Below, in pieces: positions 40,037 to 52,185 of a stretch of DNA of 64,000 nt. Below the pieces are notes generated by a model, which worked only from the letters and a program-made list of their open reading frames with translations, had not been told where the DNA came from and searched no databases. A program made the position numbers and the translations under genes. Source of the DNA: Camelus ferus (Eukaryota); assembly GCF_009834535.1 (NCBI RefSeq), contig NC_045697.1:4094001-4158000 (forward strand), read 5' to 3'. Numbering within the stretch: position 1 is the stretch's first letter; every line of letters starts with the position of its first letter.

Positions 40037-40171
40037 GCCCAGAGCCTGGGGGCCTCTTTGCCGTGGTCTACAACCCCCTGGCCTGGACAGTCACCACCAT
40101 CGTCACCCTGACTGTGGGCTTCTCTGAGGTCAGCGTCACGGACGAGTCAGGCCGCCCGGCTGCCTGCACAG
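40037..40171 (+). CDS. MAN2B2: MAN2B2 exon 10 (contains +1 frameshift near 40160)
   Basis: gtgcag|[43 protein letters not shown]; donor ACAG|GTATGG falls in phase 1 but exon 11 needs phase 0. Confidence 0.9.
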
Positions 40172-41739
40172 GTATGGGCGGGAGCTGCGGCCGGAGGTGC
40201 ACCTGCTCTGGGCTGGGCACCCACAGAAGTGGGAGCCTTTAAAGTGAACAGGTGACAACCCCACTGTCACTGTGAGAACATTGTCATTGGGGTGGGCATC
40301 CATCAGGGTCACTGGGATCCACCCAGGGGACTGACTTTGGGCATCTGATTTGGCCAAAAATGACTCTTCTGTTCTCTCCCTGGAAGGTCTCAGGGAGGTC
40401 TGGGCGGCACGGGAGGCGCCCCCTCCTCTGTTGCATGTCGAATAGATACATCCTGAGGAATTTCCACTTTGTGTGGGGAAGGCCGTCCGGGATTCTTAAA
40501 GCAGATGTTGAAAGAGGCGCTGCATTAGGGGCTGGGCACGGGCGGCCTGTCTCTGCGACACCCAGACAGGCAGCGGCAGAGTGTGGTCCTCATCTCCTTC
40601 CAGGACCTGGAGCTGGAGGTGCTTCCAGAGGGCACCTACCTGTCAGCCAGCCGACCCTCCAGGGGAGAGGCAGAGAAGGTGCAGCCGTGAGGCAGACATT
40701 CAGGGAACACTCTCCAGTGCCCATTTTGGGCCTGGGCCTGGGCTGAGTGCTGGGCTCTGGACACTGGAGTCACCGCGGGGGTCAGGGAGCAGACACAGGA
40801 ACGGAGAGTCAAGGTGTGCAGCGGTCACCCGCGGGCCTGGGCAGCAGCCCTCAGCTGGGCCAGGAGGCGGAGGAAGCAGCTCCCCTCCGTGGACGCGGGG
40901 GAGAAGAGGGTGCTGGCTTGAGCAGACTCAGCACATGCACCCCTTCCGCGCCCACAGGCAACACCCACCAAGAGTAAAGGCACTTAAATGTTCCTGGAGC
41001 GCCTGCTGTGTGTCAGGCCTCACCCTAGGTGCTGGAGAAGCTTCAGTAACCAAGGAGACAAAGTGCCTGCCCGTCAGGGCTCATGTTCTAGCAGGGGAAC
41101 CAGGCAGGAAACAAAATAAGAAAATACAGCCCGTGCTGGATGGTAACTGTGGCGGAGGGAGCCTTCAGCACAGCTGTGGGGGGTGTGCGGTGGGACAGTG
41201 TAGCTGCTTTAGTTCAGAGAAAGGCCAGGTGGAGGGGCTCAGAGAGGCACCTTTTCTCTAGAGAGTGAGGGTCCCCCCTGCATGTCCTCGGTGTCCTCCT
41301 CCGACCCCCTTCCTTAATCAGACAATGTGGGGGTGGGGAAAGGGCAGGAGGGAAACCCTGAACACCTCCCCCCACGGGGAAGTTGGAGGAATGAGAGACA
41401 AGGGCGCTCCCTCCAAAAAGGATGCCCCGCAGGCAGAGGGGACAGTGTGAGCACAGGCTCAGGGCAGGACACTGCAGCGAGGGCCGGACAGAAAGGCGGC
41501 CAGTTTGCAGGCCCCAGAGCAGAAGGGGGGCAGGAGGGAGAGGAGGCTGGGCCTGGGTCCTGCCGAGCAGGGAGGGTGCAGGGAGGGGACCCAGCTCAGC
41601 CCAGGGATGGACGACCCTGCTGCCTCAGCGGGCAGCAGGCACTCCATCCTGTGGGCGTGCAGCCGCGGGTTACTAAGGACACTGAGGCATCTTCCAGTCC
41701 TGACGTCCATCATTTCATCCCATCCCGCTGGCCGTGCAG

Positions 41740-42014
41740 GTCCAGAAGTCAGAGGATACCCCACCCGCACATGCCCTGCACGTGCTGACCACGATCCCGG
41801 GGCTCAGCTACCAGCACTACAGCATCAGGCCCATCGAGAGGGCCCATGAGGACACCCAGGAGGCTGTCGCCACCGTGACCAGCGCCATCCAGTTTGGCCG
41901 CAGGCTCAGGGGACGTGCCAGGCACTTGGGCAGGCGCCTGGTGCCTGTGAAGAATGACTGCTACACTGTGTTCCTGGACCAGGAGACCAACCTGATGCAC
42001 AGCGTCTGGGAGAG
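41740..42014 (+). CDS. MAN2B2: MAN2B2 exon 11
   Basis: gtgcag|[30 protein letters not shown]...[13 protein letters not shown]; donor AG|GTGAGG. Confidence 0.93.
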
Positions 42015-43043
42015 GTGAGGTGCAGCCACCGCTGGCTCTGAGGCGAGGAGCGCCCTGGGGCCTGGCGTGCCCTGCCCGCACCGGGCCTGCATTTCCTCCC
42101 CGGCCTGGGGGCCTGGGAAGGACCTGCTGGTGCTGAAGGCCCTCAGTGCCGAGCTGATGTCCAGGCGTGCGCGCCTAGGCTAGGGCAAGGAAGGCTTTCC
42201 TGAGCTTGTTCATTTCTAAGGTGTGAATCCACGGAAAAAGGAATGTTGAGAGATCCTCCCTGGGGGAAATATAGTAGTCATGGTACCCACTATTTTAAAT
42301 TTGGAGAAACATAAAATCCATGCATCCACCCATCCATCTTCCATCCACACACCCGTCCATCCACCCCGCCATCCGTCTGTCCACCCATTTATTCACATGT
42401 TTAATCAACAGCAGCTATTGGTTGACAGCAGAGAAGGCATCTGACCCCCAGGAAAGGCCTCCCAGTGTTTGGAGCACCCCCTGCCCCGTCCATCCTCCTG
42501 TCACATCCCAGGCAGTTTTCATTCCTCCTCAGCGGCCTCTTCCAAGACAGCCACTTCTGTTTCCTCATGTGCCTCCTGACAGGAGCAGAGTTTGGGAGGA
42601 ACAGGAAGCTTGGGAGGAGCCCCTGGCAGAAAGCCAAGGGGAGGAAGGAGGGGGAAGGGGGAGACAGAGGAGAGGAGGGAGAGGGGGCGTTGGCGTGACG
42701 GGAGTGTCACCTGGAGCTCAGTCAGCTGTCAGCAGCTGTGCAGGCACAGACCAGGACTCCCCTCACGGGGCTCAGCGGAAGTCCAGTCCTTCAGTCAGAC
42801 AGCACGAGGCGGGGAGGCGGGGACGACAATGGTCTAGAGGCTTGTCTACAAACCAGGTGCATGTGTGTCATCGAGTGTCCTCGAAACTGTCCCTTAGGCT
42901 CTGTGGAGGGTATTTTTGTTCACTCCTGGTTCGAGGCTGGTGTCTGCATACAGGGATTGTGAGCGTGGTTCCCAGCACAGGGATAATGCCCGAGAGACAT
43001 TGTCCCCCACGGTCATACTGGTTTCTCTCTCCCGCCTCTGTAG

Positions 43044-43235
43044 GCAGAGTAACCGCACAGTACGCGTGACCCAGGAGTTCATGGAGTACCACGTGAACGG
43101 TGATGAGGAAGACGGTCTTATTTCAGATAATTACGTGTTTACGCCCAAAGGTGCCGCAGAGCCAGCATGGGAAGCTGTGGGGATGGAGATCGTAGAGGGG
43201 CGGCTCATGACCGAGATCCGGCAGTTCTTCTACAG
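43044..43235 (+). CDS. MAN2B2: MAN2B2 exon 12
   Basis: ctgtag|[20 protein letters not shown]...TEIRQFFYR; donor AG|GTGAGG. Confidence 0.95.
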
Positions 43236-43711
43236 GTGAGGTCGGCCCCTCTGGCTGTGCGCAGAGGACGCTGGCTGGGCAGGTGCTTGGGGAAATGAGG
43301 GTCCATCCTTGCTGCAGATGCCCAGCTCCTAGTTCTGTGCTTGGCACTCGGTCGTTCCTCGATGAAAGTTTAATGAAGTGATGAACTGCCCCGAATCTCT
43401 GCAGACCTGGCTGTGCTGTGTCATCTTGGTGCATCTAAGTCCAGAGGTGGGACCAGCACCCATAGTGGCAGTGACTTACATACCAGAGCAGCTCTGGTGT
43501 TCTCATTAACAGCACAGACATGAGCCACCCAGGTTGGCTGGTGCTCAGCACTATCAGGGACCCGGGCTCTCTGCCTGCCCTGCACTGCCTGCAGCAAGGA
43601 GGGAGGGAGGGAAGTAAGGTAGGAAGGAAAGAAGGTGACACAGGAAAAAATGTGGGGCGAGAAAATGACCACGTCCCAGCTCTCAGCTGAGTCTATGGGA
43701 CACACCCCACC

Positions 43712-44284
43712 ACGTGTGCGTCCTAGGCTTCAAGCAGGAAAGATTCGAGGGTGAGCCACGGCTCAGTAAAGGTGGGTTTATTCTGAAAGCTACATACTCC
43801 ATAGACAGAATGCGGGCTATTTCAGAAGGCAAGGGAAAGGCTGTGAGGCGTGGGGTTGGATGCTCAGTTTAAAGCAGAAGTGGACTCACACTCCGCAGAC
43901 AGCGTGCGGGCGTCTCGCTCAGGAGCGCGAGCGGCCCCGGGGTGCGGGGCTGCTAGTTTTTACGGGCTCAGTAACTTTATATGCTAACAAATGGGAGGGT
44001 TTTTCCAACTACTTTGGGGAAGAGGCTGGGATTCGCAGTAGCTGAGCCACCACCCACTTTTTGACCTTTTATTGTCAGCCTCAGAAGTGTCCTGGCGCCC
44101 GTGGGGAGACTCATTCACCACGTTCACGGGCTACAGTGGGCGTGTGGTGAGCGCGAGTCTCCTGGAAGTCAGGTCTCCTGCCATCCTGGGCCTCAGGGCC
44201 TGCTGGGAGCGGGATCTTCCGCTCTCCTGGTGTTGGCTGCTGTTCCTCCTTGAATGGCCGTGCCCTCCCCCTTCCTTCCTGTCC
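43712..44284 (-). mobile_element. Solo ERV-type LTR, antisense, intron 12
   Basis: About 570 bp, CpG-retaining, TTTATT (AATAAA on -) near 43777, octamer-like tatgctaac, ends resembling TG...CA on the - strand. Confidence 0.55.
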
Positions 44285-44344
44285 AAAGGCAGGGCCGTCC
44301 AGAAGCTGCCAGAGCTTGACTCACCCACTCTGCTTCCCCTCCAG

Positions 44345-44598
44345 GCAGGTGAACGACACTGACCACACACACGCCATCTACACCCGGCTGGCCCGCGGGC
44401 CTCAGGGCTCTGGCGGGGAGCTGCTCTGCCACCGCATAGAGCAGGAGTGCCGGGTGGGCCCCTTGGAGCTGAACCGCGAGGCCATCCTGAGGACCAGCAC
44501 CGATCTGAACACTCAGCGGGTTCTCTACTCGGACAACAACGGCTACCAGATGCAGCGCAGGACCTACAGAAACTACGCGAACAACAGTAGTCTCCCGG
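44345..44598 (+). CDS. MAN2B2: MAN2B2 exon 13 (contains +1 frameshift near 44590)
   Basis: ctccag|[16 protein letters not shown]...[20 protein letters not shown]; donor CCGG|GTAGGC falls in phase 1 but exon 14 needs phase 0. Confidence 0.9.
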
Positions 44599-45753
44599 GT
44601 AGGCCCTGCGGCGCCCCGTGGGCACAGGGCCCGCAGACGCAGCGCCGATGGCGCTTCTGCAGCGGGCGGGAGGGACCCCTGTGAGCGCCCACGGTCAGCA
44701 GCGGAGTCTAGAGCGTCTCTCTGAACCTCCGCTGCCCGACATGTGCCGTTAGTGGGTGAGGCCCAGGCTTGTTCAGACCTGTGCCCGAGCTCTGGTGCCA
44801 CCGCGTGTGAGGGAAGTCTCTGAGGTCTCCTGTGTGCCCCTCGGGTCCTCTTCTGTCAGATGAGCGCCTCACTGGGGGTCACTCTGGGGATAAGCAGATG
44901 ATGCCTGTCTAGGCCTGAGCGGGGTTGGACCCTCACTGGCTCCTCTCAGTAGACCCACTGCCAGGCCGCTTGGTGAAATGGCAAACACAGCCTCAATTCC
45001 GAAATCAGTTCAGCTCCCAGACCCTTTGCATCCAGCAGAGTGACCAAGGGCAGGTCACCTGGCTTCCCTGGGCTTCTGTGCTCTTCTGGGAAAGGAAGTG
45101 ACCTCCCCTCAGAAATCTGGGGGTCAGCTGGGACATCCAGGCGCAGGGCTGTGCGGGGCACCTCTTATGCCTCAATCAGCGTTAGCTCCTCCTCCTTCCA
45201 GGGGACCCCGTGTGGGGGTTGTGGCCCCTCCCTGCTCTACCTTCCTTGAGTTTCATTCCCCGTCATTTCTATTGGCTGCTTCTCACCCACTGTGGCCGAG
45301 GCTCCAGAGAGACCAAGGCCGTCAGCCCAGGACGTCTTGCCCCAACAGAGCAAAGAGCATGGGCTCTGCGACCACTGTTCCAGCCCGGACACAGGCCCTT
45401 TTCTATCTCGCAACCAGCGGCCGAGGGCTGATCTCAGCCTGGACTGGCACACACCCCTTCATTCCCCCCTGAAGGAGTTGTGTGGGGTGGTTTGACCCCA
45501 TGTTACAGATCGGGAAACTGAGGCTTAGGCATCTGAGTCCCCATCTCATATGGTCAAGAAGCAGAAGAGCTGAATTTCAATCCAAGTCGGTCAGTCTAAA
45601 ACGTCAGATCCCCAAACCCTGGCCACCAACACCACACTGAGCAGCCACCGTGCCTGTGCGGGAGGCTGGCTCGGGGGCCAGAGGTGATCCAGACCAGGTG
45701 TCCTACCAGGCCCTTGGCCCCTACAGCCAGCCTGGCAGTGTTTCTGTCCACAG

Positions 45754-45864
45754 AATTACTACCCCATGGCCCAGGCGGCCTTCATCCAGGACAGAGGCAG
45801 CCGGCTCGTGCTGCTGTCGGAGCGGGCCCACGGCGTCTCCAGCCAGAGGAGCGGGCAGGTGGAG
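45754..45864 (+). CDS. MAN2B2: MAN2B2 exon 14
   Basis: cacag|[40 protein letters not shown]; donor GAG|GTAGGA. Confidence 0.95.
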
Positions 45865-45941
45865 GTAGGAGGAGGCCCCTCCGGACCCCCGGGGGCGCGG
45901 CAGGGGCGAGGCGGGGCCTGTCACACAGCTCTTCCCTGCAG

Positions 45942-46134
45942 GTCATGCTCCACCGGCGGCTCTGGAACAACTTCGACTGGGCCTTGTGGGACAACCTCAC
46001 ACTGAACGACACCACCGTTGTCCGCCCTGTGCTCTGGCTGCTGCTGGGACCCCGCACACTCACCGCCGGCCTGCGCCAGAGGAGTGGGCTGGCGCTGCGG
46101 CACAGGCCCGTGGTGCTGCTGAGAGAGCTGAATG
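45942..46134 (+). CDS. MAN2B2: MAN2B2 exon 15
   Basis: ctgcag|[28 protein letters not shown]...[11 protein letters not shown]; donor G|GTAAGG; preceded by a 77-nt intron. Confidence 0.95.
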
Positions 46135-46733
46135 GTAAGGGGGTCCTCTCAGTGCTCGTGTCGTCTCGGCCCAGAGGGAGCCGGCCTGGCCGGGGGTGGG
46201 GACGGGCTTGCGCCCTCAGGGGTCTGGGCTACCTCGGGGCAGGAAGGGACTCAGGGACCTCTGATCCCAGCCCCTCATTTGAAATATGGGCAAACTGAGG
46301 TGCAGAGAGGCTCAGCGCCTCATTCAAGGTCATATGCTAGTCAGCGCACACCTGGGACTCAGCTCCTCCCTCCACACACCTTTTCCCTGCGTCGCCTCCC
46401 TTTTCCCCTCTGACGTCCCTTTCTCTTTATCAATATGATGCAAGTCCACCTCTTACTTCGGGTCCGGAGGCTCAGCATTTAAAAGACTGGTTTTACCTAA
46501 ATTAAGCATGCCGTCACCAGGTGAGGGCGATTCTTACCCATGTTCTGATCTGCAAGGTTTTTATATTTCTTGCACTGCGACTACTATAGATGCACATCCG
46601 TCCAGTGTGGTATATTTACTGACACAGTGGACCATGAAATTCATTAAACAATGATTTCTGTTAAAGATGGTGCTATGGAGAAGCCTTAAAAATTTAAAGA
46701 CTTAGGTAAAATATGGGATCCTCATTCTCACTA

Positions 46734-47210
46734 CAGGCGCACCTTACTTCACATTCTTCCCTTTATTGAGCTTTGAAGATACTGCTTTGTGTGTGTGTGT
46801 GACAAATTGGAGGTTATGGCAACCTTGCATAGAGCAGTCTACTGGCACCATTCCTCGAGCCACATTTGCTCAGTTCCCATCTCTGTGTCACAATATTTCA
46901 AATATCTCATTGTATTATATTTGTTATGGGGATCTGGGATCAGTGATCTTAATGTTGTAATTGCAAAAGATATGCAATTTGCTGTAGGTTCAGTTAATGT
47001 AACATTTTTAGCAATGAAGACTTTTTAAATTAAGTTTTAAACATTGTTCCTGTTAGATACATTGCTATCCCACACTTAATAGACGACAGTGTAGTGTAAC
47101 TGTATTTTCACATGCACTGGAAAATGCAAAAGCCATTGATGCCTTAATTGGGACATTTGGTTTATTGCGGTGGTTGAACCCAAACCCACAGTATTTCCAA
47201 GGTTTGGCTG
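46734..47210. mobile_element. Tigger1-derived internally deleted DNA transposon with TA target-site duplication
   Basis: TA|CAGGCGCACCT ... AGGTTTGGCTG|TA termini resembling Tigger TIRs; internal caaattggaggttatggcaacc and tttattgcggtggt motifs. Confidence 0.8.
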
Positions 47211-48714
47211 TAATCCTTAAACGGCGTTCTGTTTCTACTCGTAGAAGTGTTGATGAAGATTTGATTTAAGATTTTCACTGTTTCTGTTGTAGAGCCGGTC
47301 CTTACAGGGCATTAGGGAGCAGGTGGGCTGTGGTGTCTTGTTTTCCCACCATTGATGGAGTGCCTGCTGTATGCTGCAAGTTGCACATGCATTAGGCCCA
47401 GGCCCTCTCCTGAAGGTTTCTCGGGGGCTGTCCGTTGGGGAGACAGGCTCACCCAGGTCCGGGTTCAGGGTGGAGAGGGAGCGGTGCCGAAGGGAGGGCC
47501 TGGTGCCGTGTAGGTCTGCTGGAGTTGGAGACCTCAGACCCGGTGGAGATCAGGGACCAGCTCTGAGGGCTATCAGGTGATGTTCTCTTGTGTGGCAGTA
47601 AAGAAACTGAAGGACAGCCACTCGGGCAGAGCCTGGGGAAGCTCATGGGGTCGAAGGAGAAGCTGGACAAGAGGCCTGTCAGGTGGGAGGCAGGGCAGCT
47701 CTGGGCCTCTTGAGAGCAGGTGTCCATCTCCCCCAGGACTGCCAAGAGCTGCCTGCCCGGCCACCTCCAGGTCCCAGGTGCAGATTCCCAGGAGAGGGGA
47801 TGGGACTGGCCAGCAGGGTCGGGGGCTGCTCCTGGATCAGTCAGTGCTTCCTTCCTGGCAGCTGAGAGCCTTTCCCACAGAGGGGATGTTGCCCTGGTGA
47901 GAAAGCTCCAAGCCTGTGGTCGGCTCCATCCACAGGACCCACTCTGGTCTCTTCTGGTTGCACATGAGAGAAACCAAAGCTGAGCCACAAGGAGCCTTTA
48001 TTCTGAGGCCCACAGAACGAGAGACGGGCGAGGATGTAATTGTGCCTCGGGTGCTGGACCCTCCATGCGGCGGCCCCTCTCCCTCCTTCCGTCCCCTGTG
48101 CTTCTCTCTGTCTGCAGACCTTCTTCCTCCTCCTCCTAGAGGGACGTGGCTGTGAACAGCTCTGGGGCCACATGTGTCCCCTCCACCCAAAAAGAACTGA
48201 GACTCAGACTCGGGTCTCAAGAGCAGAGGTCCAGGGAAAGATTCTGATTGGTCCTGGCGAGATCACGTGACACAGGTCTGGACCAATCACTGTAGCCTGG
48301 GGTATTGTGAGGAGATGGCAGCTCCAGCTGGAGCGCAGAGGTGAACAGACCGTTTCCTGGAAGGAGGAGGAGGGCTGAGGTCCTTCTGAGCAGAGACACC
48401 GATGGATGACCAGCAAGGGGAGATGGCTTCCAACACTGGACAGAAACAGGGCTCCAAATGGACTTCCTGTGTGGTCTGGAAGAAACAGTCCCCTCTCTGG
48501 GTCTTAGTTTCCCCATCTGTAATTTGAAATGACTGGACGAGAGAGCCAAGGCTGTTTAGGGCATTTGCACCAGCAGATGCTTGAGGCTGACTGGGGTGTG
48601 GGCTACAGGTGGGAGGGCTGGGAGACTGGCTGGAATGGGGGACTTAGAGAACTCTGAATGCCAGAAGGAGGAGTTTGGTCTCAGCCCTCCCCTTGTCATC
48701 CATCTGCCTTGCAG

Positions 48715-48852
48715 AGACTGCCCAGGATGGCCCAGGCCCCCAGCAGCAAGAGGCTGTGACTCTGCCCCCAAGTCTCCACCTGCAGACCCTCAGCATCCCC
48801 GGCTGGAACTACAGCTCCAACCACACAGAGCACCTGTGGAATCTCCGGAAAG
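48715..48852 (+). CDS. MAN2B2: MAN2B2 exon 16
   Basis: ttgcag|[48 protein letters not shown]; donor G|GTGAGG. Confidence 0.95.
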
Positions 48853-50435
48853 GTGAGGCAGGTGTTCATGTGTCCAGATTCACTCCACTCTCCCCATATC
48901 AACCAGACCCCCAAGCCCATCACCAGACAAAGGAGCTCTCCTCAGAGCTGTCCAGACTCTATATACCCTGGTTCTCTTATCTGCCAATGGGGAGAACGAG
49001 GCCCACAGAGAGGCAGGTCACTCAGGACGCCTGGGACAAGGTGGACCTGGATGCCATCCAGACAGCAGTGACAGTGTGCAGAGGGAAGCCCCCAGCAGGG
49101 CCTCAAGGAGGGCTCCCTGGGGGAAGAAACACCTGCCAGGAACCAACTTGTTATATTGCCGAAGCCCCTGCGGCACCTGATCTGCCACTATACACCTGAG
49201 CACCTCCCTAGCAGGGCTGATTGTGCCTCAGCCACTATCCTGTTCCCAGAGACCCACCCAGGGCTGGCACACCCCAAAGTAAGTGTGTGCAGAACTAGGA
49301 AAAAGGGGAAAAGGAAGAGGCAGAGACCAAATATTACCTTTGTATCTGGTACTCTGGATATTAGAAACAGTGGCTGCAACCTACAGCCACGTGGCTGCCT
49401 AACACGGACTTATAACATCCCCACTCCCCCGGCCTGTCACAGAAGACGAGGGGCAGAGGGCCTCTCCTGCAATAACAGAGCCTTCCCTACCTACCTGTGT
49501 GCGATGCCAAGCCCACTGAGAACACTTGCACTGGACGCAGCTTCTACCAAAGAAGAGGAAAAGGGGGCTGGGCTGGACCAGTGCTTCCTTCCGGACAGAA
49601 GTGAGTGAGGGACCGAGCGACAGCTGCATCCAAAGATGCAGTGAGGCTCCCCTGGTCCTCATATGCTAGTAACCACCTTATGACGCAGGCTACCGTCATC
49701 ACCGTCACCTTCATCGTGTCATCAGCACCGTCCTTCTCCTTGTCTTCATCGTTATCACCGGCGTCATCATCGTCAGTTCTTAACCACAGCACTAAGAACA
49801 TAGGGAAGAGATTTTACAAAGTTTTTTGCTTCAGTAACAAAATTCCGAACTCTCGCTGTCCTACTAGAACCATCATTTCACCCCCACGCCACGTGTCCAC
49901 TGGGCATCAGCAGGAACGCCCTTCTCACCTGGTCACCAGGGACCTGGCAGGTGGAGGCTGTGTTGTAACACAAGCTTCCTCAGTCACTGAGGCAGGAAAA
50001 AGCTTCCGTGGGACATGAGGCATCACCTCTGCTCACACTGTGTTGGCCTCAGAGTTATGTGGCCACTCCACCCTTCACAGAGAACGAAATACAATATTCC
50101 AGAGAACTGGAAGATTGAGGACAGGCTCAGTGATGGCCACAAAGCTGAATGAGGACCAAGACTTTCCGAACGTCAGAATTGGCCCCTGTGTGGGTGGTGG
50201 GAGGCACTACAGTCAGCTGGACCTGGGCTGGAATCCTCCCTCCCTCCTTCTGTTGCTCAGCAGCTGTGTGGCCTTGAGCAAGTGTCTGCCCCTCTCTGAG
50301 CCTCGAATCCTTGTCTGTCAAGTGGGGGCCATGTCAGCTGCCTCCCAGGGCGGTTGAAGATGTGAAGTTGAGGTGAGTGTGTAAGGTACCAGGCACAGAC
50401 AGGGGTCCTCACTGCCACCTTCCTGTGTCCCTAAG

Positions 50436-50548
50436 GCCATCCACGAAAGGCCAAGGCTGACCTCCGCCGTGTCCTGCTGCGGCTCCACCACCTGTATGAG
50501 GTGGGGGAGCACCCGGTCCTGTCTCAGCCTGTGACGGTGAACCTGCAG
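50436..50548 (+). CDS. MAN2B2: MAN2B2 exon 17
   Basis: ctaag|[40 protein letters not shown]; donor CAG|GTAACC. Confidence 0.93.
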
Positions 50549-52064
50549 GTAACCTGCCCCCACCTTGCGTCCCGCCCTCAGGTCACTGAATCAGCCCCCT
50601 GCCCCCCAGCAGATGCACACAGGGAGACAAACCCAAGTGCGACCGTCCTGACTCGGATGCCCCTGGGCACAAAGGAGGGAGGGTCAGTCTCCGGGGGACA
50701 GGGGGGCGCCCCCCCTCCTTCTTTGAGGACTTCTGGGCTGTCAGTTATGACAACATGCCTGCATTTTGGTTGTTTCACATTTATTCTTGTGGTAAATCTT
50801 TTTACACAACACAGATGTTACTTGTGTGGTCAGAAAACACAGTAGATTTTCACACAGACTTCCTAGATGGTGATCAGTCACAGAGTCCAGGGTGTGGGTC
50901 AAGGAGACTCTGCTGAGCAGCGCGGGCCCCCTGGGCTCTGGGCCTAAGACTCCCCACCTCTGAATGGGGAGGGCGGAGTCTCTGCCTGCAGGGCTGCTGA
51001 GAGGCCCTGGGGTGCTCACGTGCACACAGGGGCCTCACACCTAGGAGGCTGGTGGATTTGTGTCCCCGGACCCCGACCTCCGTCCTCACTCCCCTCTGAC
51101 CCCCACTAACAGGTGAGGCGCCTGCTGCCCGGACTGACCGCCTTCTTTCCTCAGAAGCTGTGAGGAGATGCCTGCTTTCTCCCCAGTTTGCTTCTCTGTG
51201 GGGCTGTGGGCTCGTTACTCATCTCCTGCTCACAGAGAATTTCTGTAAATCTCTGTGTTGTGGCTCTGGCCCCATTGGTACCTGTGTCCTCCACGGACTC
51301 TGGAAGGACCCCAGTAACCCACCCGGAGCTGCCGTTGCGACGCCTTCCCATCGCCCCCTTTCACAGCTCTCGCCTCCATGCAGGCGGGTGGACGGCCTCT
51401 TTCCTCCCCAGGGTCCTTCCCTCTGTCGTCACGGACCTGCTGCCCAGGTGACCTTCATCTTCCCACCTGGCCTTCATCCGTGCACTGGCTTTATTTCTTC
51501 TGTTGTCACCACTTGGTCACAGAAGCAGATGTAAAGGCAGAAGGGGGGATGGGAGCAGCACACAGAGCCTCGCCCTCCGTGCCTTCTCCTCCCACCAGCA
51601 CAGGGAAGCTCCTGCAGACAATCCCAGCCCTCCGGTCCGCAGACTGTCCTTTCCTTACAGTGGCCAGAATGGCGGCCCCCCTCCCCTCTGCACGGGGGGC
51701 TGGGTCGGTGCTTACTGGGGAAGAGGGGATGGAAACCAGGACTGGCTCCATCCTGGGTCCATGCAGGGCGCCAGCTGAGCAACGCTGGGAGGAGGGACCG
51801 ATGTTGGGGGAAGGTCAGGTTCCTGCCGTCCCCTGGGCCTGCTCATCCAGCTGGGCACATGGGGACGCACGCTACTCCCCGGCCTCAGTTCCCTCTTCTG
51901 TAAAATGGGGCTGCCCATCCTGTCCCTGGAGATGTGCTTCAGGAACGAAGTGCAGGAGATGCTGTGCCCTGGGCCACGGTGCGCCCGCCCTTGCTTCTGT
52001 TTTGTTCTCTGCTCAGAGCTGGGGCCTCGGGTAGCTCACCCCTCCCTGTGCTCCCGTCCCACAG

Positions 52065-52185
52065 TCCGTGCTGCGGGGGCTGGGCTCCGTGCTGGCGGTG
52101 GAGGAGCGCTCGCTCACTGGGACCTGGGACGTGAGCACGCTGCACCGCTGGACGTGGAGGACCCAGGATCGTCCCCTCCGCAGAG
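52065..52185 (+). CDS. MAN2B2: MAN2B2 exon 18
   Basis: cacag|[43 protein letters not shown]; donor G|GTTTGG. Confidence 0.92.

Noticed and set aside
44346..44351. Alternative tandem acceptor CAG at 44346-44348 that might offset a frameshift
   Set aside because: In the normal frame it leads immediately to TGA, and the premature stop in exon 11 occurs earlier anyway.
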